DNA of 64,000 nucleotides, taken from the NCBI GenBank assembly GCA_038230375.1, contig JBBRNJ010000001.1, positions 224,001 through 288,000 on the forward strand, written 5' to 3'. A model generated the notes under the pieces. That model had not been told where the DNA came from and searched no databases. It was given only the letters and a program-made list of their open reading frames with translations. Position 1 is the stretch's first letter. Each line of letters begins with the position of its first letter. Origin of the DNA: Polyangiales bacterium (lineage in GTDB: Bacteria; Myxococcota_A; Polyangia; Polyangiales; Polyangiaceae). This document shows, one piece after another, positions 16,121 to 24,279 of the stretch. Made by a program: the position numbers and the translations under genes.

Positions 16121-17884
16121 ATGATCGATCTCAAGATCACCGGCGGCACCATCGTGGACGGCACCGGCCGCGCCGCCTTCACGGGAGACGTGGGAATCGA
16201 CGCCGGGCGCATCGTCGCCGTGGGTGAGTGCAAGGAGAGCGCGCGTCGCACGCTCAGCGCGAACGGCGCGCATGTGCTGCCCGGCTTCGTGGACATCCAC
16301 ACGCACTACGACGGGCAGGTCTCGTGGGACGAGGAGCTGTCGCCCACGTCCATGCACGGCGTCACCACGTGCGTGATGGGAAGCTGCGGTGTGGGCTTCG
16401 CGCCGGTGCGCCCGGGCCGTGAGGACAAGCTCATCGAGCTCATGGAAGGCGTGGAGGACATTCCCGGCTCCGCGCTCGCAGAGGGCATCAAGTGGGGCTG
16501 GGAATCGTTTGCACAATACATGGATGTGATCGGGGCCATACCCCACGCGATCGACTTCCTGGTGCAGGTGCCGCACGACCCGCTCCGCATGTACGTCATG
16601 GGCGAGCGCGCCATTGCATCGGAGACGGCAACGGACGACGACATCCTGGAGATGCAGCGGCTTCTCCGCGGCGCTCTCCTTGCGGGCGCTGCCGGCTTCA
16701 CCACGGGCCGCAGCGACAATCACCGCACGGCACGCGGCGCCGCAACGCCTGCGTCGGAGGTGGACGGGCGCGAGCTCGCGGGCATCGCGCACGCATTCCA
16801 GGGTCTCTCGCATGGCGTGCTTCAGGCCGTGAGCGACTTCGACATGATGCGCGGCCCGGAGCGCTTCGGCCCCGAGCTCGAGCTTCTGCTCCACATGGCG
16901 GAGGCGACCGGCGGACGGCCCCTGTCCATCTCCACGATGCAGCGCGATCATGCGCCGGACCAGTGGCGCAAGATCCTCGAGGGCGCCGAGCAAGCCTCCG
17001 GACGCGGGCTCGACGTGCGCTGTCAGGTCGGCGCGCGCGGCATCGGCGTGCTCCTTGGTCTCGAGGCGACGTTCCACCCGTTCATGGGCTTCCCTTCGTA
17101 CAAGGCGATCGCGCAGCTCTCGCTTCCGGAGCGCGTCGCGCGCATGAAGACGCCGGAGCTACGCGCGAAGATCCTGTCCGAGAAGAGCGAGAAGATCGCA
17201 GGCGACGGGACCGCCATCCCGCCGCTCGCGGACTTCTTCCTTGCGAACCTGGACATGGTCTCCATGCGGCTCTACCCGATGGGCGAGCGCCCCGACTACG
17301 AGCCCAAGATGAACACCTGCCTGCTCGCGGACGCCACGCGCACCGGCACGCCCGTGCTGGAGGTGATCTACGACGCGCTCCTTCGGGACGAGGGCAAGGC
17401 GCTCCTCTACTTCCCGGTCTACAACTACACGGGCCTCAACCTGGACGTGGTGCACGAGATGCTCATGCATCCGCGCGCGCTCATGGGCCTGGGCGATGGC
17501 GGCGCGCACGTGGGCACCGTGTGTGATGCGAGCATGCCGACCTTCCTGCTCACGCACTGGGCACGCGACAGAGCGAACGCCGGATCGCCTGGAATTTCCA
17601 TGGAACGCGTGGTGAGGATGCAGGCGCACGACACCGCGCGCTTCATCGGCCTGAACGATCGCGGCACGCTGGAGGTGGGCATGCGCGCGGACCTGAACGT
17701 GGTGGACCTCCAGAAGCTCGCGCTCCTTCGCCCCACGATGCAGAACGATCTCCCGGGAGGAGGCCGTCGCCTCGTGCAGAGAGCGGAGGGCTACCTCGCG
17801 ACGTTCGTGGGTGGCGAACAGATCTCCGACGGCGGCGTCCTCAACGGCGCGCGGCCAGGGCACCTGGTCCGTCTCCGAAGCTGA
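16121..17884 (+). CDS. N-acyl-D-amino-acid deacylase family amidohydrolase
   Basis: GGTIVDGTG, PGFVDIHTHYD, GVTTCVMGSCG, GDGGAH, G.RADLNV. Confidence 0.88.
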   Translation: MIDLKITGGTIVDGTGRAAFTGDVGIDAGRIVAVGECKESARRTLSANGAHVLPGFVDIHTHYDGQVSWDEELSPTSMHGVTTCVMGSCGVGFAPVRPGREDKLIELMEGVEDIPGSALAEGIKWGWESFAQYMDVIGAIPHAIDFLVQVPHDPLRMYVMGERAIASETATDDDILEMQRLLRGALLAGAAGFTTGRSDNHRTARGAATPASEVDGRELAGIAHAFQGLSHGVLQAVSDFDMMRGPERFGPELELLLHMAEATGGRPLSISTMQRDHAPDQWRKILEGAEQASGRGLDVRCQVGARGIGVLLGLEATFHPFMGFPSYKAIAQLSLPERVARMKTPELRAKILSEKSEKIAGDGTAIPPLADFFLANLDMVSMRLYPMGERPDYEPKMNTCLLADATRTGTPVLEVIYDALLRDEGKALLYFPVYNYTGLNLDVVHEMLMHPRALMGLGDGGAHVGTVCDASMPTFLLTHWARDRANAGSPGISMERVVRMQAHDTARFIGLNDRGTLEVGMRADLNVVDLQKLALLRPTMQNDLPGGGRRLVQRAEGYLATFVGGEQISDGGVLNGARPGHLVRLRS

Positions 17885-17893
17885 CCCCACGAA

Positions 17894-17953
17894 CTTCGAC
17901 ATCGACAGCGACTTCGACTTCGACCTCGACTTCGACTTGGCTTCGACCCCGAC
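17894..17953. repeat. Degenerate hexamer tract (TCGACN) between convergent genes
   Basis: cttcgac atcgac agcgac ttcgac ttcgac ctcgac ttcgac... Confidence 0.75.
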
Positions 17954-19497
17954 TAGAATTGCACGCCGACGCGCGCTTGGACCTCGTGCAGTGCGTGGGC
18001 TCCGTCTCGCGCGTTGTCGTTCACGCCCTTCGCGAGGAGCTGACCGGGTGCGACGGCGCGCTGCGACGAGGTCTGGACGGGGCCGTTCTGGTTGCTCGCT
18101 GTGGTGGGGGCGCTGTCCGGGAAGAGGTAGCCGCTGTAGTCCAGCGACACGCGCACGTGCCTCGTGGCCCAGTAGTTCACGCCAAAGGAGATGCCGTGCA
18201 CGTCGATGTCTCCCGTTGGCGTGAGCGCGTCGTCCGTGCCGCCGCGGCGTGAGCCGTCGTAGCCGGCATGAAGTCTCTCGTATCGGGCGACCAGCTGGAC
18301 GCCGTGGCTCGGTACTCGCTGCGGCTTCTCGAAGTCGAGATGCAGCGGTTTGCCGACGCTCGGGTAGTTGATGAGGCTGCGCTCGCCCAGGACCCAGTAG
18401 CTGGCTTGGGCGTAGAACGATGCGCCGCGCAGCCCGCCTTTTCGCGCCGAGCCGTAGAGCTGATAGCCATCCCACCCCTCGCGCGTGTTCTCGTCCAGGA
18501 CGACCACCTCGCCCGAGAGATCAAACCGCCCAAGAGGCACGTAGAGGTCCGCTCAGATCGCGCTCTGGTCCGTGCTTGGGATGATGTGCGTCAGGTGCCC
18601 GGCCGAGTCCTTGTAGGTTGCACGGAAGAACGAGTAACCGCCCTGCGTGGTGAACGGCGTGACGTCGTAGCCCACGCTCTTGCCATCGCGCGAGCCTCCG
18701 CGGAAGGAGACGCCCACTTGCGCGTCGGCCAGCATGCGCGGACCGCGGGTCACGAACGGCCTGGCGAGCACACGCGCGACCAGATCGTAGCGCGAGTCCA
18801 CGTTGAGGCGATTCTGACCGTCGCCGTTGTAGATGCCGACGGTGTAGTAGAGCGCGCGGCTGGGCAGCTCTCCCCATGCCATGGCCCCGATGTCCCTTGT
18901 GGTGGGCGCAGCGTAGAGACGCGCGGTCATGGATCGCTCGAGAAAATACGTGGTGTTGTCGCTGATGCGCGCCTCCATCCCGAACGGCACCAGGTACTGA
19001 CCCACCTGAACATTGAAGTAAGGGGACGCAGCGAAGTTCACGAAGACGTCGGTGGGCGCCGGCTTCACCTGTGGCGCCTGCACGGCGGCGCTCTGGTCCA
19101 CGCACGTGAGCGCGCCGGTCTTTGGGTCCACCGAGCACGCGCGCGTCTCCGCATGCGCACCGGCGTTGTCCAGTGCCGTGGGGCCGAACTCTGCGGACAG
19201 CTGCCACTGCCACTTCTCGAAGAACTCGCCGCCGATCTCGGTGCGCGCGCGACGCAGGAAGATGCCGGAGCCCAGGCCAGCGTCGGCTGGAAGATCGTTC
19301 ACGCCTGGTCCAAATGACGCGAGCGCATCGACGTGCACGCGACCCTGCACGTAGAGCCGGAACACATCGTCCTTGTCGCGCAGGTAGAAGAGCCCGTCGC
19401 GGAAGCCGGCGAGCGGCGGCGACTCTTCTCTTGCGGCCGCGGGCGCAGACGCGGGCGCCACGTAGGCACTCTCGGCTACGAGCGCGGGCGCGGTCAT
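17953..19497 (-). pseudogene. OprO/OprP-like anion porin interrupted by an in-frame TGA (18553-18555)
   Basis: ORFs 18553-19497 and 17953-18540 are in one frame (QSAI*ADLYVPLGRF); FLRRAR, GQYLVPFGME, FLERS, GVNYW motifs and C-terminal VGVQF. Confidence 0.75.
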
Positions 19498-20786
19498 GGG
19501 GGCGAGGACCTGAAGATCGCTGCCGCCACGGTATCTGCAGTGCCACGTGAGATCAGGATCGCGCGACCGCCTTCACGGCTCTGCGCGTAGGGCGCCCACG
19601 CGAGCGGCTCACTCGTGAGGACCCGCACGCGACCGAAGTCGTTCAAGCGCAGCGAGCTTGCAGGGCGGGCCGCGTTCTCCTCCACATCGTATGCAGAGAG
19701 GATCGCATCGACCGTCGCGCGGACCTTCTTCGCGCCATGCTTCAAGAGCAGCGTCGCACCGGGCACCAGCGCCTCGCGCCCCACCCATGCAAGATCGAGC
19801 TCCACCTGGCGTGCGGGCTCGAGGGCGCTCGCCTCGGGCAAGAAGACGTCGCCGCGAGACACGTCGACCTCGTCCTGCAGCGTGATTGTCGCAGACTGGC
19901 CGGCGTGCACCATCGGGCTCGGGCCATCCAGCAGCTCGATGCGCTCGATGCGACTCGTGAGACCGCTTGCCGCGACCTTCACGACGTCACGTTCGCGAAG
20001 CTCACCGGAGGCCAGCGTGCCCACATAGCCGCGCCTTGCAAGCGAGCCTACGCCCTGCGGACGGCGCACCCACTGCACCGAGAAGCGCGCTTCGCTCGTG
20101 CTCCGCGCCGTGGTCTCGAGCTCTGCGAGATGCGCGTAGAGCGTTGGCCCGTCGAACCACGGCATGCGCGTGCTGGCGCGCACCACGTTGTCTCCCGACA
20201 GCGCACTGACCGGGAAGAACGATAGCGCGGTGCGAGGCCGCCCAACCGTCAGCGGACTCCGGGACGCGTACTCGCACGCCCACTCGCGCGCACGCACGAA
20301 CGCGTCGTGGGAGAAGCCGACTGCGTCCATCTTGTTCACCACGATGACCACGTTCGGCACGCCCAGGAAGAGCCCCGCGGCAAGGTGCCGCTTCGTCTGC
20401 GGAAGCAACGAGTCGGTGGTCTTCGTCGGATCCACCAGGACCAGCAGCACGTCCGCGGTGGACGCAGCGGTGAGCGTGTTACGTGTATACTGCACATGTC
20501 CTGGCGCGTCCGCCAGGATGAAGCGGCGCAGCGGCGTGGTCGCAAAACGCCAGGCCACGTCGATCGTGATGCCCTGCTCGCGTTCGGCGCGGAGCCCATC
20601 CGTCACCAGCGACAGATCAGCTTCGGCCTTTCCCTGGCGCGCGCTCACGTCCGTCACATGGGAGAGCTGGTCGGTGAAGATGGTGTCCGTGTCGAAGAGC
20701 AGACGACCAATGAGGGTGCTCTTGCCATCGTCTACGCTGCCGGCGGTTGCGCAACGAAGCGGAAGATCGCAGTACGTGCTCATCAA
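19494..20786 (-). CDS. cysN: Sulfate adenylyltransferase subunit 1
   Basis: GSVDDGKSTLIGRLL, AEREQGITIDVAWR, DAPGH, NKMD; no CysC domain. Confidence 0.93.
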   Translation of the reverse strand: MMSTYCDLPLRCATAGSVDDGKSTLIGRLLFDTDTIFTDQLSHVTDVSARQGKAEADLSLVTDGLRAEREQGITIDVAWRFATTPLRRFILADAPGHVQYTRNTLTAASTADVLLVLVDPTKTTDSLLPQTKRHLAAGLFLGVPNVVIVVNKMDAVGFSHDAFVRAREWACEYASRSPLTVGRPRTALSFFPVSALSGDNVVRASTRMPWFDGPTLYAHLAELETTARSTSEARFSVQWVRRPQGVGSLARRGYVGTLASGELRERDVVKVAASGLTSRIERIELLDGPSPMVHAGQSATITLQDEVDVSRGDVFLPEASALEPARQVELDLAWVGREALVPGATLLLKHGAKKVRATVDAILSAYDVEENAARPASSLRLNDFGRVRVLTSEPLAWAPYAQSREGGRAILISRGTADTVAAAIFRSSPP

Positions 20787-21700
20787 AAATATCCCTCTTT
20801 CTTTCGGTCTTCCATCGCTGCATCCGTGGCGCGGTCATCTGCGCGGGTGGCGCCGCGCTCGGTCACGCGTGCGTCTTGCACTTCTCGCAGCACCTCTGGA
20901 AGCGTGCGCGCGGAGGAGCGCACTGCGCCCGTGCACGAGGCGTCGCCTACCGTGCGGAAGCGCACCGTCTCCGTGAATGACACCTCGCTCGCGGTGCGCT
21001 GCACGAAGGGCGTGACTCCGTAGAGCATGCCGTCGCGCTCGAACACCTCGCGCTCGTGCGCAAAGTAGATGTCCGGAACGCGAAGGTCGCGCGCGGCGAT
21101 GTAGCTCCACACGTCAAGCTCGGTCCAGTTGGAGATCGGAAACACGCGCAGGTGCCCGCCCTTCGCAACGTCCAGGTTGTAGAGGTCGAACATCTCGGGG
21201 CGCTGGTTCTTCGGGTCCCATCCGCCAAGCTCGTCCCGCACGCTCACGACGCGCTCCTTTGCGCGCGCGCGGTCCTCGTCTCTTCGCGCGCCACCGAACG
21301 CGGCGTCGAAGCGGTGCTCCGCGATCGCGTCAAGGAGCGTCACGCTCTGCAATCGATTGCGGGACGCGCGTGGCCCGCGCTCTTCCGTGACCCGCCCCTC
21401 ATCGATCGACCTCTGCACGCTCGCCACGATGAGGGGCACCGAGAGCGACGCGCAGAGCGCATCACGAAACGCGATCACCTCCTCGAAGTTGTGCCCCGTA
21501 TCCACGTGCATGACGGACAGCGGCAGCTTCTCGCCTGCGAACGCGCGCGCACAGAGGTGCAGCAGGATGATGGAGTCCTTCCCTCCCGAGAAGAGGAGGA
21601 CCGGACGCTCACGCTCGGCGACCACCTCGCGGATCGTGTGGACGGACTCTTCCTCGAGAGCGGCGAGCGCAGGAGCAAGACGGGGGTTCGTAAAGGCCAT
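20783..21700 (-). CDS. cysD: Sulfate adenylyltransferase subunit 2
   Basis: LLFSGGKDS, GGARRDE, RVFPISNWTELD, RFRTVGD, MEDRKKEGYF. Confidence 0.95.
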   Translation of the reverse strand: MAFTNPRLAPALAALEEESVHTIREVVAERERPVLLFSGGKDSIILLHLCARAFAGEKLPLSVMHVDTGHNFEEVIAFRDALCASLSVPLIVASVQRSIDEGRVTEERGPRASRNRLQSVTLLDAIAEHRFDAAFGGARRDEDRARAKERVVSVRDELGGWDPKNQRPEMFDLYNLDVAKGGHLRVFPISNWTELDVWSYIAARDLRVPDIYFAHEREVFERDGMLYGVTPFVQRTASEVSFTETVRFRTVGDASCTGAVRSSARTLPEVLREVQDARVTERGATRADDRATDAAMEDRKKEGYF

Positions 21701-21726
21701 GCGGTTTGTCTAGCATCACGGACATT

Positions 21727-21760
21727 CGTCCGCTATAACGAATATCCGTTATAACGGACG
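21727..21760. promoter_or_regulatory. Inverted-repeat operator between divergent cys operons
   Basis: CGTCCGCTATAACG-AATATC-CGTTATAACGGACG (13/14 match). Confidence 0.65.
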
Positions 21761-21807
21761 TTCTGCCAGAGGCTTTAATTCAGCCTCGGAAAGCGCGCAA
21801 GGCTCAC

Positions 21808-22158
21808 ATGTGGTGGTTTCTAGGTTCCCTCGGCATCGTGGCTATCGAGGCGTCATACGTTCCCCAGATCGCGCGCCTCTTCCGCATCAAACGCGCGGAT
21901 GACGTGAGTCTCTTCTTCCCTTCGCTCAACGCGGCGGGGCGTGTGCTTGCGCTTGCCTACTCCGTGCTGTCGCACCAGCCAGTGTTCGTCGTCGGCTTCA
22001 TGGTTGGGCTCGTGCTCCGGTTGACGCTGCTTGCGCAGGTCATCTGGTACCGGAAGCTCGCGAAGCGCAGACAATCGGTAGAGGCAAGAGGCGCGAGCGC
22101 GCCTGATGCCGTCGACACGCACGACGTGATCGTCACCACCACGCCGGTGCATCCGTGA
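21808..22158 (+). CDS. PQ-loop/SemiSWEET-like three-helix membrane protein
   Basis: SYVPQI..LFR.K.ADDVS motif after TM1; three TM helices; overlaps the cysH start. Confidence 0.7.
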   Translation: MWWFLGSLGIVAIEASYVPQIARLFRIKRADDVSLFFPSLNAAGRVLALAYSVLSHQPVFVVGFMVGLVLRLTLLAQVIWYRKLAKRRQSVEARGASAPDAVDTHDVIVTTTPVHP

Positions 22159-22925
22159 CCGCGCATCCCAAGGTAGTGGACGCCACGCAGCACGGCGCGC
22201 AGCACGGCTCCGCGTTCGAGGCGCTCGTGCTTGCGGCGGAATCGGGGCTGGACCCGTTCGTCGAAGCGGCCGTGGCCACGTTCGGTGCTTCGCTGTCCAT
22301 CGCGTGCAGCTTTGGCGTGGAAGACATGGTGGTGCTGGACGCCGTGGCAACTGCAGCGCGCGACCGCAAGGACAAGCCCACTGTGTTCCTTCTGGACACG
22401 GGTCGACTGCATCAAGAGACGTTCGATCTCGTGGAGCGCGTGCGAGATCGCTACGCGCTTCCCATCACTGTCTACGCGCCGTCGGCACTGGATGTGGAGA
22501 CGCTGGTCAACACGCAGGGCACCAACGGCTTCTACGGGAGCGTGGACGCACGCAAGGAATGCTGCCGCGTCCGCAAGGTGGTGCCGCTGGCGCGCGCGCT
22601 CGCGAAGGCTTCTGCGTGGATGACCGGACTCCGGCGCGAGCAGTCGATCACACGCGCCGAGATCGCAAAGGTGGAGGTGGATGACGCGCACGGCGGCATC
22701 CTCAAGCTGTCGCCGCTCACCAGCTACACGGAGGCAGAGGTGTGGGCACGCGCGAAGGAGCGCGACATCCCGACGCACGCGCTTCACGCCCGCGGCTTTC
22801 CGTCCATCGGCTGCGCGCCGTGCACACGCGCAATCCAGCCAGGTGAGGACGCGCGCGCAGGTCGCTGGTGGTGGGAGAGCGCGGAGCACAAGGAGTGCGG
22901 CCTGCACGGGAGGAAGAGCAAATGA
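22155..22925 (+). CDS. cysH: APS/PAPS reductase (Fe-S, APS-type)
   Basis: LDTGRLHQET, ECCRVRKV, TGLRREQS, SIGCAPCT, RAGRWWWE, KECGLH. Confidence 0.93.
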   Translation: MTAHPKVVDATQHGAQHGSAFEALVLAAESGLDPFVEAAVATFGASLSIACSFGVEDMVVLDAVATAARDRKDKPTVFLLDTGRLHQETFDLVERVRDRYALPITVYAPSALDVETLVNTQGTNGFYGSVDARKECCRVRKVVPLARALAKASAWMTGLRREQSITRAEIAKVEVDDAHGGILKLSPLTSYTEAEVWARAKERDIPTHALHARGFPSIGCAPCTRAIQPGEDARAGRWWWESAEHKECGLHGRKSK

Positions 22926-23527
22926 GCGCTCTTTTCCCGCTGTTCCTGAAGCTCGACGGACTGCCCGTGCTGGTCGTGGGCGCAGGGCCCGTTGCGCTGG
23001 AGAAGACGCGAGCGTTGCTTGCGGTCGGCGCGCGCGTTCGCGTGGTCGCGGTCGACGTGACGGAGGAGTTCAAGGACGTCCCCGTCACCATCGACCGCAG
23101 GGCCTTTCATCAGAGCGACGTGAGCGACGTCTTCTTCATCGTCGCCGCGGCAACACCAGAGGTGAACCGCGCCGTGCTCGCCGCGGGGAACGCAGCGCAT
23201 CGCTTCGTGGTCGCGGTGGATGATCCGGACGCGTGCACCGCGTACGGGGCTGCGGTGCTGGAGCGCGGCGGCGTGTCGATCGCGTTCTCCTCATCGGGCC
23301 GCGCGCCCTCGCTCGTGGCTCTCTTGCGGCGTGCCGTGGACTCGCTCTTGCCCGACGACCTGTCGGAATGGCGACTCACGGCCGAGTCGTTGCGAGCGAC
23401 GTTGAAGGAGAAGGGCGTCCCCCTGGCCGAGCGCACTCCGCTTCTCCTCTCCGCGCTGCAAGCCATGTACGCACCGCCGCCGCGGGCGTGGACGAGCGAC
23501 GCCGGTACGAATGGAGGCACGGCATGA
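22922..23527 (+). CDS. Precorrin-2 dehydrogenase/sirohydrochlorin ferrochelatase (CysG N-terminal type)
   Basis: FPLFLKL...VLVVGAGPVALEK, VDDP, SSSGRAP. Confidence 0.85.
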   Translation: MSALFPLFLKLDGLPVLVVGAGPVALEKTRALLAVGARVRVVAVDVTEEFKDVPVTIDRRAFHQSDVSDVFFIVAAATPEVNRAVLAAGNAAHRFVVAVDDPDACTAYGAAVLERGGVSIAFSSSGRAPSLVALLRRAVDSLLPDDLSEWRLTAESLRATLKEKGVPLAERTPLLLSALQAMYAPPPRAWTSDAGTNGGTA

Positions 23528-24279
23528 CTGGTCACGTGACACTCGTGGGCGCAGGGCCCGGTGATCCCGAACTCCTCACGCTACGCGCAGCCCGCGTGCT
23601 CTCGGAGGCAGACGTGGTCCTCTACGATGCGCTCGTGGACCCACGCGTGCTCGACCTTGCAGGGCGCGCGCGCAGGCTTTTTGTAGGCAAACGGCGCAAT
23701 CGACATGCGGTCTCTCAGGAGACGATCGGAAAGCTTCTGGTCCGTTTTGCGCGACGCGGAGAGCGCGTAGTTCGCCTGAAGGCCGGCGATCCGTTCGTGT
23801 TCGGCCGCGGCGGCGAAGAGATGCTGGCGTGCACCCAGGCCGGCGTCTCCGTCAGCGTGGTCCCAGGCGTGACCAGCGCCTTCGCCGCTCCACTGCTGGC
23901 GAACATCCCCGTCACGCATCGGGGTGTTTCGCGCGGCTGCGTCGTGCTCACGGGCACGCCGCGTGAAGCGTACGAGTCGCTGCTCCCGCGCCTTCACGCG
24001 CAGGACGTCACCATCGTGCTGCTCATGGCGCTCGACGCGCGCGCGGCGATCTCCGCGTTCGCCATCGCGAACGGATTTTCGCCCACCCATCCTGCCGCGA
24101 TCCTCTGCGGCGCCTCCACGGCCGCGGAGGCGACCTGGATCGGAACCCTTGAAGAGCTCCCCCATGCGGTCATCCCGGAAGGACCACCGGGTGTGCTCGT
24201 CCTTGGAGAGACCGTGCGCTTCGCCAGCGCGCTTCGTGAGATCACGTTCGAGAATCGAAAAGCAGGAGTCATCGCATGA
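23524..24279 (+). CDS. cobA: Uroporphyrinogen-III C-methyltransferase
   Basis: LVGAGPGDPELLTLRA, YDALV, RLKAGDPFVFGRGGEE, VPGVTSA. Confidence 0.93.
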   Translation: MTGHVTLVGAGPGDPELLTLRAARVLSEADVVLYDALVDPRVLDLAGRARRLFVGKRRNRHAVSQETIGKLLVRFARRGERVVRLKAGDPFVFGRGGEEMLACTQAGVSVSVVPGVTSAFAAPLLANIPVTHRGVSRGCVVLTGTPREAYESLLPRLHAQDVTIVLLMALDARAAISAFAIANGFSPTHPAAILCGASTAAEATWIGTLEELPHAVIPEGPPGVLVLGETVRFASALREITFENRKAGVIA

